From Tetramitus jugosus (lineage: Eukaryota > Protista > Heterolobosea), in NCBI GenBank assembly GCA_937625935.1, contig OW569359.1, positions 62,001 to 126,000 on the forward strand: a stretch of 64,000 nt of DNA. Direction: 5' to 3'. This document shows positions 10,409 to 22,293 of the stretch, one piece after another; the first letter of the stretch is position 1; each line of letters starts with the position of its first letter. The position numbers and the translations under genes were made by a program. Under the pieces are notes generated by a model. That model was given only the letters and a program-made list of their open reading frames with translations, made no database searches and was not told the DNA's origin.

Positions 10409-11980
10409 ATGACAACGACAATGGAATCCACTGGTCCATACGATATATCCATCAAACTGAGCATCGCAGGAGATGGAAGTTCAGGAAAAACTTGTCTGCT
10501 CAAACGGTTCATGGACCCAGATGACTACTTTGATCATTCGACGAGGCCGACTCTCGCTGTGGAAGTACTCTCCAAAATTGTCATGATTCCAAAAATGACA
10601 ATGGACACTGAACATGAAGAAACTGGTGATCATGATGGTAGTAGTAATGATAATAGTGGTGGTAATGTGCTGAGAATAAAGACAATTATATGGGACAATG
10701 CAAGTCAAGTCAGATTCCGTCACAATACCATCTCGTTGACCAAGCAGGCCGATGCAGTTTTATTGTGCTTGGATTTGGATGATTTGAAGAGGTTGATTGA
10801 ACAGGGATCTTCTTGTTTTGTTAGTTCTCAGTATGGTGATGATGATGGTGATGTTGTGGATGTGAATGACGATGATGATATTGACGATGGTGAAAATGAG
10901 AGTGAAAATGGAGATTTTGGTGGTGAAAATGTCTCTAGTGAGCTGAATGGATCATTTGTGAACAAGAAGAGCTCTTCTCAGGAGAGTACTGATCTGGATA
11001 CGAATACGAATACGAATAATACATATAGTGAGGATATTAGAACTCCATTGTCACCGTCATTGTCCATGCTTTCAAGTGGTGTGCTCACAAGATTGGAAAG
11101 AAAGCGACTGAGACATTTTTTTGCCGTGTTACGCAAGAATTGGTTGTCTGAGATCTTGTCTGATGACAAGGTGAAGATGGTGGCTGTTGTCGGTACAAAA
11201 ATGGATTTGATTGAACTGGTCAAGAACAGTGGTAGTGGTGGTGATCAAATTCCGACACCCACCAGTACCAGTAGTGATTTCTCAGCTCCAAACTACTGTG
11301 GTCCTATTCCTGCAACGACAGCAGTCAGTGTCATGTCCAAGTATTTGGAGTATTTGGATATATTGTGTGCAGAAGCGTATCCCAATGTGTGCTTCTCATT
11401 TACGGAAACGAGTGCGAAATTGAACTTGAATGTAACTGAACTGTTCCATTCGATTATTGTGAGAAGTTTGGAACGAAAGGAAGCTGAAATGTCACAGCCG
11501 ACTCCCGATGCAATGCGAAGTGATACAATGGATTCTCTGTTGCACTCCAACTCTCTGAACGACCTCTTGTCGTCTGATACGGTAGAATTGGAAGATTTGT
11601 TGTGTGATGAGATCATGTTCAAGGAAGAGGGATTTTTCACAAGATGGTCCAAGCGTCAGTGCAAACTGCAAAGAACAAAGTATGCGGATCCTCCGAGAAT
11701 CTGTCTCACTGTGACTGATCAAAGCAGCAAGAAGAAGGAACTAAAGTTTGATTTGTCGTTTGCAACCTATGCAGAGCACAAAAAATCATCTGGATTGAAG
11801 GTTACCACCAAATGCAGATGCAGAAAGGTGTTCTACATTACGGATGAGAAGCCATTGGTTGTGAACAAGTGGAAAACAAACTTTAAATCAAATGGGTTGA
11901 AGGAATCCGTACCAGATGAAAAATCGAGCTCTCTCATTGGAATATCTACTTCAGACGAAGTTGTGGGAGCACTCATGTAA
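10409..11980 (+). CDS. Divergent Rab-like GTPase with long insertions and a C-terminal PH-like domain
   Basis: G1 GDGSSGKT, G2 PT, G3 WDNASQ (deviant), G4 GTKMD, G5 ETSAK; FKEEGFFTRWSKRQCKL...W is PH-like. Confidence 0.65.
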   Translation: MTTTMESTGPYDISIKLSIAGDGSSGKTCLLKRFMDPDDYFDHSTRPTLAVEVLSKIVMIPKMTMDTEHEETGDHDGSSNDNSGGNVLRIKTIIWDNASQVRFRHNTISLTKQADAVLLCLDLDDLKRLIEQGSSCFVSSQYGDDDGDVVDVNDDDDIDDGENESENGDFGGENVSSELNGSFVNKKSSSQESTDLDTNTNTNNTYSEDIRTPLSPSLSMLSSGVLTRLERKRLRHFFAVLRKNWLSEILSDDKVKMVAVVGTKMDLIELVKNSGSGGDQIPTPTSTSSDFSAPNYCGPIPATTAVSVMSKYLEYLDILCAEAYPNVCFSFTETSAKLNLNVTELFHSIIVRSLERKEAEMSQPTPDAMRSDTMDSLLHSNSLNDLLSSDTVELEDLLCDEIMFKEEGFFTRWSKRQCKLQRTKYADPPRICLTVTDQSSKKKELKFDLSFATYAEHKKSSGLKVTTKCRCRKVFYITDEKPLVVNKWKTNFKSNGLKESVPDEKSSSLIGISTSDEVVGALM

Positions 11981-12296
11981 CAATAATAATTGCCACAAAA
12001 GCAATAAAAACAAATACAACGACGTTGAAATTTTTATTTCTCCGCTATAAAAATGTTGATAACTGTCACATTTTTATCGTTAGGCGGTTACTTTTTCGTT
12101 TCTAACAGTTTCCTTGTGGTGACTCGCTGTGAGGTGCCCCTCTTGCCGTGTGAATATAATTGCAATAAGAAATGCATACCTCAAAAAACAAAACAATAAA
12201 AAGGTAGTTCACTCGCACGCTTCCTTTCAAAACACAACCCAATAACGCCCTCGCCCTGTTGCACATCACTCTTGATCACTTGTCTTAAGAAGAAAC

Positions 12297-13223
12297 ATGA
12301 CCGCCATCGCTACCAACGTAACGAAGCAAGAACAACCGCAAGAAGAGCAAGCACAACAGTTCAAAGCGCCCCAGAACATCAAACCAACGTCGTGGAGAGA
12401 TGAGATCTCTGAACACAAGAGAAAAAACTTGTTCAGCAACATGTAAGTTTATTATAGCTAACAACATTTGCTTATCTTTCTTAATCAACCAAGGAGCTAA
12501 CAGTTTTCTTTCAATATCTAATTGTTCTATAGTGTACTAGAACTTCAAAAGAGATGCACTGTCTTACCTCACTATTGTGACGAAGAATGCAAGCGCTCAA
12601 AGTGTAGAACAGATCTCGTGTACGAACAATATGCTTCAAAACTCATTAAGAAGAATTGGAAGACATCTGATTCTTGCCTTGAGTTCCTGAACCGTGTCAT
12701 GAGAGAAATAAAACAATTGGCAATCTCAGGTAGCTTACAGGAGATTCCAACTCACAATAGCACTTTGACCAAGAGCTCTAAAGTGAAAGCGGAAGACTCG
12801 CACGACGTTGTACATTTACTCCGAAAAGATTTCCAGTGCCTTTACAGACATTGTAAGGTGATGGAACGGAAATTAAAGCAAAGGGAACGCACAGAGCAAA
12901 TGATGTTGGATTTGATCGGAATTCTGAGGGAACAAGTCGCAGATCTTCAGAGTCGTGTGCCTGTGAGCGAGACTGTGAAGGTTGAAAAAACGAAAAAGAG
13001 AAGCTTTGATGAAGCTCATTTGGTGGGCGCCGATGAACAAGAAGTCGCTGACATGTGTGGCGGTAATGCTGAGATCTGCACATTCTCAGCCACTTCAAAC
13101 TCTCGCCATCTGAGCGATGAGATAATGGTGGGTCCGCCAAAGAAGAGAGCTCGAACGGCAACATCTGAACAACCAAAGTTGGGATTAGATAAGCAATTTG
13201 TAGAAGTGGATATCAACATGTAG
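12297..13223 (+). CDS. Nuclear protein with a KIX-like N-terminus and coiled coil; intron 12443-12532
   Basis: GTAAGT...CTAAC...TAG intron joins the exons in frame; WRDEISEHKRKNLFSNIVLEL resembles KIX; NLS PPKKRAR. Confidence 0.55.
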
Positions 13224-13589
13224 GACGTGTATTTGATACTATTTCACACATTAAAGAATCTTCATTTTGACTGGAAATGAACCATTTGTCTTCCTTGCCT
13301 TGTTTGAGTTAAATGCTATCCTTGCATACCATGGAGTATCGGAATTTTATTATTTTCCCCGAAATCTGTCATCAATGTCATCGGACTGATAGGTGCTGCC
13401 CATTGGAAGTAGGTGCCTTTCTTGTTGGGAGCCTTCAACGTCAAACTTTGACGCAAACTGTCATATTCTTTGGCCCTGAAAAAAAAACGACAAACAAACA
13501 AAAGTTACTGTTACCAACCAAAAAGATTCTTCTTCTTGAAACAACCAACAACAACTTTTCCATATATTAACAACAGTAATAATAAAAAA

Positions 13590-14667
13590 ATGACAACAAA
13601 GGGAGGATGCAAAGGTACGTTCACACAGCACATCATCTTCCTCAACGTATCAACTGTTTTTTTAACACACAACCTTTTTTTTGTTCTCTCAACAACAAAT
13701 GATGATTTTCTCTCTACTCTTGGTAATTGAATGAATAGTCGTAGCAGTTGGTGATGGTGCTGTCGGTAAGACTTGTTTGTTGATGGTGTATGTCAACAAT
13801 GAGTTCCCAAATGAATACGTACCTACTGTGTTTGAGAATTATGACACAAATATCAAATTCCAAGAAAATATTGTCAAATTGTCTCTGTGGGATACAGCTG
13901 GTCAGGTATGTTGTTAATTTTATCATTTTTGCCGTTGGTGTCGTAGTAGTCGGGGGATGTAGTTGTTGATGATGGGTTGGTCGATGTCGTTGTTGATGTG
14001 TCGCACATTATACAGCTACTGCGCCACAAAAGCTTTTTTTGTGGTTGGTGTGTCTGCTGCTGTAAATGTGAGTGTAGAAAAAATTGGCGCGCGAGAATAA
14101 GCTTTGACTTGCTATTGTTAATTGTGTATTAGCTTTTAGCTTTCGACCAGCACCCTTCAGTCCCTCCTCCTCCTCACAAACAAATGTTAGTTGATAATTT
14201 TTTCTAACCAAACAACATATATTTTTTCATGTATACAGGAAGAGTACGATAAATTGCGTTACTTGTCCTATCCAAACACCAACGTCTTCCTCGTGTGTTT
14301 CTCCGTTGTCAGCAAATCCTCATTCGATAACATCAAGCTCAAATGGTTAAAGGAGTTGCAAGAGTACAGCGCTGGCACACCAGTGATATTGGTGGGAACA
14401 AAGGTTGATTTGAGAGATGATGAGGCTTACTTGAGTCAGATATCAAAGGATGACATTGTCACAAAGGAGATGGGCGACCAATTGTGTTCAGAAATCAATG
14501 CAAGAGCATATATTGAAACATCTGCTAGATTGGCCACCAACGTGAGTCAAATTTTTGAGAAGGCTGTTGAAGTCAAATTCGCTGGCAATGGAGGCAACAG
14601 CACAACAAAGGCAACGAACAATGGTGCCAACGGTGGTTCAAACGGTGGTTGCTGCACTGTTCAATAG
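13590..14667 (+). CDS. Rho/Rac-family small GTPase; introns 13615-13738 and 13906-14238
   Basis: Spliced [51 protein letters not shown]-terminal CaaX CTVQ. Confidence 0.93.
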
Positions 14668-15231
14668 ACTTGATTTTATTCAACGTTGTTGTACAAGAAC
14701 AACTCAATCAACAACAACAACAACAATAATAATAAGACACGGATTTTATATTTCTATAGGAATAATTGTACAATGAACAAGATAGTTGCCCTCCCACACC
14801 TCTACTATTGGCACACATGGAGCCTCTCTATTTATTTTTTTTATCGAGATGATTTCTTCGAATGAAAGAGCGAGACAAAAAGATGTGACGAACTGGACAA
14901 CAAAACTTGATTAAAATCACAAAACAATTTTTATAAGGAGCAACTGTTATTATCACCATCACCTACGTTATCTGCATTGTAGAACCAACTGGCTGTTTCC
15001 AGTTGCTCGCTTCACACGTGCTTTCCGAAGTTTCTTATGGGGGCATGCTATCCGTCTCCCTCTTCAATCGTTTTGCTGTTCCTTGACAGCCGTTGTAGCA
15101 TCTACAAATATGGATGTGAGAACTTGCCAAGAACGTTCGAATCCATTTGGCTGTCGGGATTATAAATTCGACAGAACTTCAACTTGGTTGGTTGAAGGAA
15201 CACAAGAAGGAACTGAATTACCAATCGAAAA

Positions 15232-17151
15232 ATGAGTGCACAACAACAATCGTCGATGACCTACAATGAACATGAGTTGGATCTGTACACAGACACAAAA
15301 ATCGAATCTGTCACACTCTTTCATGACCGAGCCATCATAAACCGAACCTTTTCAATTCCCCGTTCAAAGTTTTCAACGGCCGAACCCGCCAAAATTACAG
15401 TAAGAGCGCCAAAGACTTTTCTCAGAGATATTTTTGCGTCGACTCTGTGCTTTGACGTTTATCTTCACGCGAGTAACGATGATCATAGCTCTGTATCGAT
15501 CCTTGATCAATTCACGAAAGCTTACAGTGACCAAACAAACAAGGATGACATACATGATGAGAAACAGTACCTCAAGGAGCTAAAGCAGAAGCTAAAGACT
15601 GATGAAGAAGCTCAACTAAAGACAAAAATCACTGGTCTCAAGCATGGTGCATTGGAACAGGCAATGCAGCTAAGAAGAGCTATAGAGAGCAGAGATGGCA
15701 TGAATCAATCTGTTGTTCCTTTTTCACCAAGCTCTGTTACCTATGATGGTCACAAGGATCATGGCAATGATGATGGTGATGATGATACACAAGATACTAC
15801 TACTAACAAGCCACCATTTGTTGGAGGGCTGGTATCTGTCAATTCCTGGACTCACTTTTGTACATATCTAACAGAATTCTCTTCCAGTGTAGAGAAAACG
15901 GATCAACAAATCAATGAATTGAGAAAACAGTTGAAAACAGCGCAAAAAGAGCTAGATGAAGCAAACAAGAGATGGAGAGCATTGAAGGACAAGAGAATGG
16001 AACTGGTGAAGGAAGAATTGAACAAATCGAGACATGTGGTTCGATTTGGTGTTGTTTTAGAGGTATCCATCGATCCTAGTCAAGTGAATAACAACTCTAG
16101 TGACAACAAGGGAGATGAAATATTGTTCCATGTGCACTATCAAGCAAGAAACTGTGGATGGAAGCCCGTATATGATGTGAGACTGTTGTCCAATCAAAAG
16201 TGCTTGTGCATTGATTATTTTGCGTTGATCCAGCAAAAGACGGGTCAGGATTGGCGAGGATTGCGGTCACTGTATTTAACTACAGTTGATCCAACGCAAT
16301 CATCAGGACCAAGTTTCATTGAATCAAAATATTTGGTGGTGAGCGACAGTTCGAACGAAGGATTCCTTACCTCGGTGTTTAGAGTATTTGGTTCCAGAGA
16401 TCGCCATAATCATGATGCTCAAGCATGGGCTGAAAGTGCACCACAGGGCATTCAATCGAGCAGTAATCCAGCTCACTATTTGTTCAAAGTCAAAGCGATT
16501 ACCTCTGTTCCATCTGATGATAGCGAACACAAGGTCCTTTTGGAGAATTTAGAGTTCAGACAATATGAACAACGTCATCACTGTGTACCAAAGATAACAA
16601 CTGATGTGTATATGAGCCTAAAGATCACGAACAATAGCGCAATTCCTATCATGAAGGGAACAATGAACATGTTTGATGGTAATCATAACCTGGGTGGTTT
16701 CTACATGTCAAAATCAATCAATATTGGTGAAGAGTTCGAGCTCTATATGGGTGTTGATAGTGGCGTTCACCTAGAGTATCCGAATCCAAAGAGATTTAAT
16801 TCTGAAAAGGGAAAGACTTGGTTGAGTTGGAGCAAATACAAAAAGTGTCAGGTTGAGAGACGTATCATTGTTCGAAACAGTAAGGCTGAAGCAATCACTG
16901 TTCATGTGGAGGATCAGGTGCCAAAATCTGAAGTGAAGAACATTGCAATCGAGTTGTTACAACCATCGAAAGTGGAGCCAAAGAACAAAGTTGATCTGAC
17001 TTCGAGCAAGAAGGAGATTGTGTTCTTGAACGAAAAGGGCAATCTAGAATGGATCAATTGGGTCATCCAACCAAAACAAACAAAGCAATTCTCTATTCAG
17101 TACACTGTTGAGTGGTCTGAAGATATTCAACTGGATGCCAGCCTACTGTAA
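15232..17151 (+). CDS. DUF4140/DUF4139 (MuiA-like) domain protein
   Basis: IESVTLFHDRAIINR; coiled coil; WKPVYDVRL, QQKTGQDW, VPSD...HKV, MGVD, VEDQVPKS. Confidence 0.8.
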   Translation: MSAQQQSSMTYNEHELDLYTDTKIESVTLFHDRAIINRTFSIPRSKFSTAEPAKITVRAPKTFLRDIFASTLCFDVYLHASNDDHSSVSILDQFTKAYSDQTNKDDIHDEKQYLKELKQKLKTDEEAQLKTKITGLKHGALEQAMQLRRAIESRDGMNQSVVPFSPSSVTYDGHKDHGNDDGDDDTQDTTTNKPPFVGGLVSVNSWTHFCTYLTEFSSSVEKTDQQINELRKQLKTAQKELDEANKRWRALKDKRMELVKEELNKSRHVVRFGVVLEVSIDPSQVNNNSSDNKGDEILFHVHYQARNCGWKPVYDVRLLSNQKCLCIDYFALIQQKTGQDWRGLRSLYLTTVDPTQSSGPSFIESKYLVVSDSSNEGFLTSVFRVFGSRDRHNHDAQAWAESAPQGIQSSSNPAHYLFKVKAITSVPSDDSEHKVLLENLEFRQYEQRHHCVPKITTDVYMSLKITNNSAIPIMKGTMNMFDGNHNLGGFYMSKSINIGEEFELYMGVDSGVHLEYPNPKRFNSEKGKTWLSWSKYKKCQVERRIIVRNSKAEAITVHVEDQVPKSEVKNIAIELLQPSKVEPKNKVDLTSSKKEIVFLNEKGNLEWINWVIQPKQTKQFSIQYTVEWSEDIQLDASLL

Positions 17152-17186
17152 ATAAAATAACAACAAAGTACTTGTAATGAATGTGT

Positions 17187-18353
17187 TTATTCACTGTCAA
17201 AGTACAGCTCTTCTGGTGGGTTCTCAGGCAACTCCAATCGACTCTTCACCTCGTAGTCATTAAACAGGAATTGTAAAAACTCTTGACTGACAGCTTCATT
17301 GCTACTATCGCTGTGACTTCCACAGTGAGTCAACGGAGAAGACGACGTGGACAATGATTCTTGCAACAGTTGTTCTCGTTGGTGAAAGTCCAACACCATT
17401 TGTTTCATGATCCGATCAGTCTCTCCAAAATCATTCCAATCCACTCTCCTGACAATTGTTCTGGGCAGTGAGGAATGACTTGGATGCCTCTTGTCCACCA
17501 CATCACCATTACTATTCTTATTATTCTTGTTGTTGTTGTCATGTTCATTGTTCAAATCGAGATGATGATCCAACAGTCTCTGATACTGTCTGTCCAATCC
17601 TTGCAAATAACTCAATGGTATCCCAGATTCACACTCTCTCATTCTGACACGATTGATCCTGTGCAAGCAAACATCTGGTTTCACATCCAAGTAGAGACAC
17701 AGATCAGGATAGGGCAAATCCTTCATCATTTGTCTTCTCATTTTCCAATAGTATTCCATGCCTTGTTTACTAATGTTTCCATCCTCAAAATTCTGTTCAG
17801 CAAACACCACATCAGAAAATATACTTCGATCCAGTATGACACCATTGGAAGATTGTAGTTCTTGTTGTTGGCAGGTGCTGTCATCTGACATCGGAGAATT
17901 GTGTCGGGAATACAACAGTCGGAGTGAACGAATGTAATGAGAGTAGCGGAGTCTGAGCATGTACAGTTGCATGGTCAGGGCATACTTTTTTGGTTGGGCA
18001 TAAAACTTTGACAGGTATGGATTGTCTAGTGCAGGCTCCAAAATGAGTTGATAATTTAGCTTTTGAGCCAATTGAGAGCTAAGGATGGATTTACCAGCAG
18101 AAATGTTACCCTCTACGATGACTAGTCTCTTTTTTGTTTGTTCTGTTTGTTGTGGTTGTGCATGAGTCATTTTATTGTATTGTTGTTGTTGTGGTTGTGT
18201 TGATGTTGTTAGTGAGTGATAATGATGAAAGCTTTGGAAGCGGTGGGAGGAGTTTGGTTGTTGTTGAGAATAAATAGATGGAGTGGTGGTGGTGATGAGT
18301 CGACTTGTTGATCTCAGAGTGATGCTGGTGGTTAATGTGTTATTGATTCTCAT
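17187..18353 (-). CDS. Deoxynucleoside kinase family protein (dNK/NDUFA10-like), probable mitochondrial presequence
   Basis: IVEGNISAGKS, NPYLSKFY, ILDRSIFSDVVFA, PDLCLYLDV, RECESGIPLSYL; R/S/T-rich N-terminus; start uncertain. Confidence 0.85.
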   Translation of the reverse strand: MRINNTLTTSITLRSTSRLITTTTPSIYSQQQPNSSHRFQSFHHYHSLTTSTQPQQQQYNKMTHAQPQQTEQTKKRLVIVEGNISAGKSILSSQLAQKLNYQLILEPALDNPYLSKFYAQPKKYALTMQLYMLRLRYSHYIRSLRLLYSRHNSPMSDDSTCQQQELQSSNGVILDRSIFSDVVFAEQNFEDGNISKQGMEYYWKMRRQMMKDLPYPDLCLYLDVKPDVCLHRINRVRMRECESGIPLSYLQGLDRQYQRLLDHHLDLNNEHDNNNKNNKNSNGDVVDKRHPSHSSLPRTIVRRVDWNDFGETDRIMKQMVLDFHQREQLLQESLSTSSSPLTHCGSHSDSSNEAVSQEFLQFLFNDYEVKSRLELPENPPEELYFDSE

Positions 18354-18524
18354 TTGCTGCGCAGAAAGCCGTTCTGTCCTTCGGCAATTGTGTGTGGCCT
18401 GGGAGCTCCTCAGTTCGACAAATTTTGGGAACGTTAGCGGGTCGGGTATTTTTGTCATGAAAAATTTAACAGTAACAAAAAAGTGCGCCAATCTATTAAT
18501 CCAAGAGTTGATCCTGTCACTACG

Positions 18525-19262
18525 ATGGATCATGGCCACGATGACAACGGGAATCAATCTGTGCAGTATCAACAGTCTCAGGCGCTCATTTTCAGACTGA
18601 AAAGAAGGCATGATGAGTTGACCACAAAAGCTTCGTCCCATTTGCTGATCAATCATCACTTGCGACATCACATGCAAGCTTTGCTCACTCATCAAACATC
18701 CTCCCATGATGCATCTTTACTGCTGCAACAGACATTGCGAATGACCATGAAACAAATTCAAAATTCTCCCTTATTAAAAGAGGAAGAAGAAGGACAACAG
18801 AACAACAAAGACAGTGAGGATCAGAGCTCAATGAATCCAGTCACCAGAGAGAAGAATTACTATGAAAACAGGAGAACGGATCATGAAGAGCTTTTGCACA
18901 CTTTTCAAGAGCTCAATTCTGCTCATAGAACACAAACTCAAAAGTCAATAGAGTCAATCAAGAATCAAGGACTACTGCAAAGGTTGAATCAATTGGATGA
19001 ACAAATTTCGTTGGAAAGGGATGCGGCAATGATTGCTCATTCAAGAGAAAGGATAAGTGAGTTGGAGGAATCAGAGGAAGATATTGTTGCGGGCTCTAGT
19101 GTGGATGACTCTGAGGCAATAGAGAGAAAGGATACATCGATGAACGACATCAAGAAGAACAAGAAGGGAGTTCGATCACAGAAAAAGAAGCGAAAGAAGG
19201 GCACAAAGGGAGATGGATTGTCCATTGTTCCATTGCCAAATGGCTATTTTGTGGTTCAATAA
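18525..19262 (+). CDS. Hypothetical coiled-coil protein with a basic C-terminus
   Basis: Long ORF divergent from the dNK gene; no family recognised. Confidence 0.55.
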   Translation: MDHGHDDNGNQSVQYQQSQALIFRLKRRHDELTTKASSHLLINHHLRHHMQALLTHQTSSHDASLLLQQTLRMTMKQIQNSPLLKEEEEGQQNNKDSEDQSSMNPVTREKNYYENRRTDHEELLHTFQELNSAHRTQTQKSIESIKNQGLLQRLNQLDEQISLERDAAMIAHSRERISELEESEEDIVAGSSVDDSEAIERKDTSMNDIKKNKKGVRSQKKKRKKGTKGDGLSIVPLPNGYFVVQ

Positions 19263-19355
19263 TGGGTACTGTTGTGGTTGTATATACAATTTTATTTATG
19301 TACAAATTGGAGGTCAGCATGTAAAGAGAGGATAGAGAGAGATTTGGTCAGCTGG

Positions 19356-20597
19356 TTAGCTCTTTCTTATCTGCATGACATCTTTGTGCATGATACCTGA
19401 GTCGAAAGCAACAGAATGGAGGAAGACCAAGCGAATTGCTGTGCAGAGTAAAGGCACACACAGTTGCAAGTGAAATAGCAACACATTGGAGACCAACACT
19501 GAATTGCCAAGCATCACACCAATGACCCATAGATTGAAGAATAGATTGGCCTTTTGGATTCCCGTAACGAGTTGAACACTTGGATAGTAGATGAGAACGA
19601 GATAATTGAGGAGGACAAAGAACCACACCATCACACTCATCAACATCAAATTTTGATATGAGCTGATTCGAGAGTCAAAGTTACTCATCAATTGTGGGAG
19701 AATACAGAGAGTAATGATGATGGGCTCAACCATGAATAATTTCTTCCAAGTGGAGGGAATTTCATCATTTTCTTTGTAATGATGACCCGGTTCCAAGGTT
19801 GACAGCGACCGAATCTCCTTGACATCAGTATCCAAGCCTTTCTCCTTGAAGTCAGCTAAATATTCCTCTATTTGCTCGCTGGTTAATCCAAACATGCGAC
19901 TTTCAGAGTACTTCATGTAGAAGTCATACAGCGTACAGATAAGCAGTCGTCCAGGTACACCACTCATGAACTCTGCTCCTGCACATATTGGAAGCGCGAA
20001 AATTCCAGCAAGAAAGTAAGGATTCCTTTCGGCTTTGGGTCCAAATTTCTTGTCAGTATCGTCTGACGAGCTGAAGGACATTGGCGGAATCAAAGATTCT
20101 TCATTGTGCCCAAACACTCTTGCCAAGGTACCTACAAGCAAACCGGTGATGATCAATTCCCACCTAGTTGGCAAAAGGAAGGACAGTAAGAAAATGATTA
20201 TATAGATCACAGAGGCAGTTTTGGTGAACAGTCGATCTTCATCGGTGATAACACCCACTTCGTCCCTGGACAAATCTACTACTTGATATATCATTACAGA
20301 GAGCAGAATTACTGAGATGCCAACATGGAAATGATTGCCCAGAGCGAGCCAAAAGAAGGCATCGCTTAGAAAAGAGACATCATGCAACACCTTTGAGATA
20401 GGGCTAATGTGGTAGCATCTATAGATGAGATACTGAACCTTAAAATTTTGGCGACCAAGGTTATTCCTGAGGAACAGAACATCAGGAACCGAAATGATCT
20501 TGGCAATATCTTTCGGAATTATGGAGGCAGTGATGTAGATGGCAACACTTGTCATGACCAGGGCATAAAAGCACACGAGAATAGCAGTTTGAATCAT
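19356..20597 (-). CDS. Mpo1/DUF962-like His-motif membrane protein (long paralog A)
   Basis: YRCYH.SP.SK.LH and ARVFGHNEE..IPP motifs; multiple TM segments. Confidence 0.55.
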   Translation of the reverse strand: MIQTAILVCFYALVMTSVAIYITASIIPKDIAKIISVPDVLFLRNNLGRQNFKVQYLIYRCYHISPISKVLHDVSFLSDAFFWLALGNHFHVGISVILLSVMIYQVVDLSRDEVGVITDEDRLFTKTASVIYIIIFLLSFLLPTRWELIITGLLVGTLARVFGHNEESLIPPMSFSSSDDTDKKFGPKAERNPYFLAGIFALPICAGAEFMSGVPGRLLICTLYDFYMKYSESRMFGLTSEQIEEYLADFKEKGLDTDVKEIRSLSTLEPGHHYKENDEIPSTWKKLFMVEPIIITLCILPQLMSNFDSRISSYQNLMLMSVMVWFFVLLNYLVLIYYPSVQLVTGIQKANLFFNLWVIGVMLGNSVLVSNVLLFHLQLCVPLLCTAIRLVFLHSVAFDSGIMHKDVMQIRKS

Positions 20598-21098
20598 CTG
20601 ATAGCTAGTTGTTGTTTAGGATGTCTTTTGAACTGATTGTTGTGATCTGGATGTTGCAACCTAAATTCTGATGAACATTTATAGTTCTTGTCAGGAATGC
20701 AGGATCCTTCGTTTCTGAACCAGTTCCTGCAAAAGCCTGAAGCAACAGCTCGCTGATAGAACTCGTTTACGCAAGACATCCCGCAATGTTCCCGGAGAAA
20801 AAAAAATTCCTTTTTCAGAATTTTCGTGTCCGTTCCAGAAATTTGAGGAATTGGTTCACAACCACAAATGCATTTGATCTTCTCTTCTCCGACTGTCCTT
20901 CAATTGATATCATCGCAACAGCGTGTTGCATTATCCCTTTCTATTGAAGCGTCCCAGCAGGTTATCTGTTGCTCAGCTGTTTTTTGTTAATACTCCAAGT
21001 CAATCCATATCATGCAGATCATGTAGTGGGTATCTAAAATCATAGAACAGTCAGAAGAGGTGAACAAGCAAGTAGAGAAGCATATGAGATTGTTTTTT

Positions 21099-22112
21099 TT
21101 ACTTCTTTGGTGTGATGTCTACGCTCGCTGTGATTCTTAATTTACTCCTTTTGGTGAAAAGCTCGGTACTTCCAGAGAAGTAGAGAGTGCCTGGTAAGAC
21201 ATCATCAAGCAGTAGGGAGGAACTGATGGATGTCCCTTCACGAATATAGTCATATGCCTTCTGTTTGTAGTTGTGAGTAGTTGGATACTGCAACTCTGTG
21301 TTTGGAGAAGCATAGAGTCCACTGACCAGAGTATTGGTAAAGTCAACATTGACTGTGAATGTGATATTGACTCTAGATCGCTGATTAATGTTTGGAACCT
21401 TGAAGAACACGTATGGATTTTCTCCAGCAAGTTGATGATCTTCAATATCGACTGTAACAACAGGCTTGTCAAACACAACTACCTTGTTGTATGATCCTTC
21501 TGTTGTCACATACAAACGAAGATCACCTGGAGCATCCACTGTAAGGTAGAATGGAACATAGTAGGTGTTGGCTGGTTTCTGAAAGGCAAATGTTACATTC
21601 TGTCCAAATGCTTTCATCTCATAGTTGTGTTCACTCGGATTTCCAGATTTTGTGGACAGGTACATGCCGAATGGAGGAGCAGCACTGGATCCATTGTAGA
21701 ATGTCAGCGCTGCAATTTCAGTAAACTCTTCAAATGCCATCTCTAGGATCAAGTGTCTACTCTTTGAGGAAAGTTGAATGTTTTCTTGTGCTCCAAATGA
21801 CTCCAGGAAGAGGTAACTGGCATCTTTAGGTACATCAGAAGGCATGCAGAAGGTATTAACCGGTGAAGCCAACGGAAAATCAGTTGTGCATGCAACACAA
21901 GCTGTCATTCCATATTGATTGGTAATGGTATTTCCAGTACACTGATAAGTGTTATCATCACCAGGACAGTAATATCCACGATTACAATAAGCACATTCTC
22001 CTTTGAACCAAGGACGAGGCTGGTACCAGTATTGACCTTTTGGACATGTTGCTGTGCAGAGAGCTAGAGAGGCTAGTAACAACAATACAGTAAAAAACAC
22101 GATAGACTTCAT
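21099..22112 (-). CDS. Secreted protein with a Cys-rich TNFR/ephrin-receptor-like module
   Basis: Signal peptide MKSIVFFTVLLLLASLALC; CPKGQY..C..CNRGYYCPG..C..CVAC. Confidence 0.7.
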   Translation of the reverse strand: MKSIVFFTVLLLLASLALCTATCPKGQYWYQPRPWFKGECAYCNRGYYCPGDDNTYQCTGNTITNQYGMTACVACTTDFPLASPVNTFCMPSDVPKDASYLFLESFGAQENIQLSSKSRHLILEMAFEEFTEIAALTFYNGSSAAPPFGMYLSTKSGNPSEHNYEMKAFGQNVTFAFQKPANTYYVPFYLTVDAPGDLRLYVTTEGSYNKVVVFDKPVVTVDIEDHQLAGENPYVFFKVPNINQRSRVNITFTVNVDFTNTLVSGLYASPNTELQYPTTHNYKQKAYDYIREGTSISSSLLLDDVLPGTLYFSGSTELFTKRSKLRITASVDITPKK

Positions 22113-22293
22113 TCTGATTTGTTTTGTTGTTGGTCAACAAATCAGTTTGAGTTTCAAGTTCGTGGTTATCTTGACTCCGGAGTCGGTATCAGAACTCCAC
22201 TTTCGGAGTTGTGTGGTGACGTTGACAAAGTAATTCTAACCAAACTGTTTAATAAGGAAATAGTACGTAAGGAAGAGAGGTGGGTGTTGAAAA

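Noticed and set aside
14940-15230. Intergenic stretch with hairpin CAACTGG-ctgttt-CCAGTTG
   Set aside because: Single 7-bp stem with no other ncRNA hallmark
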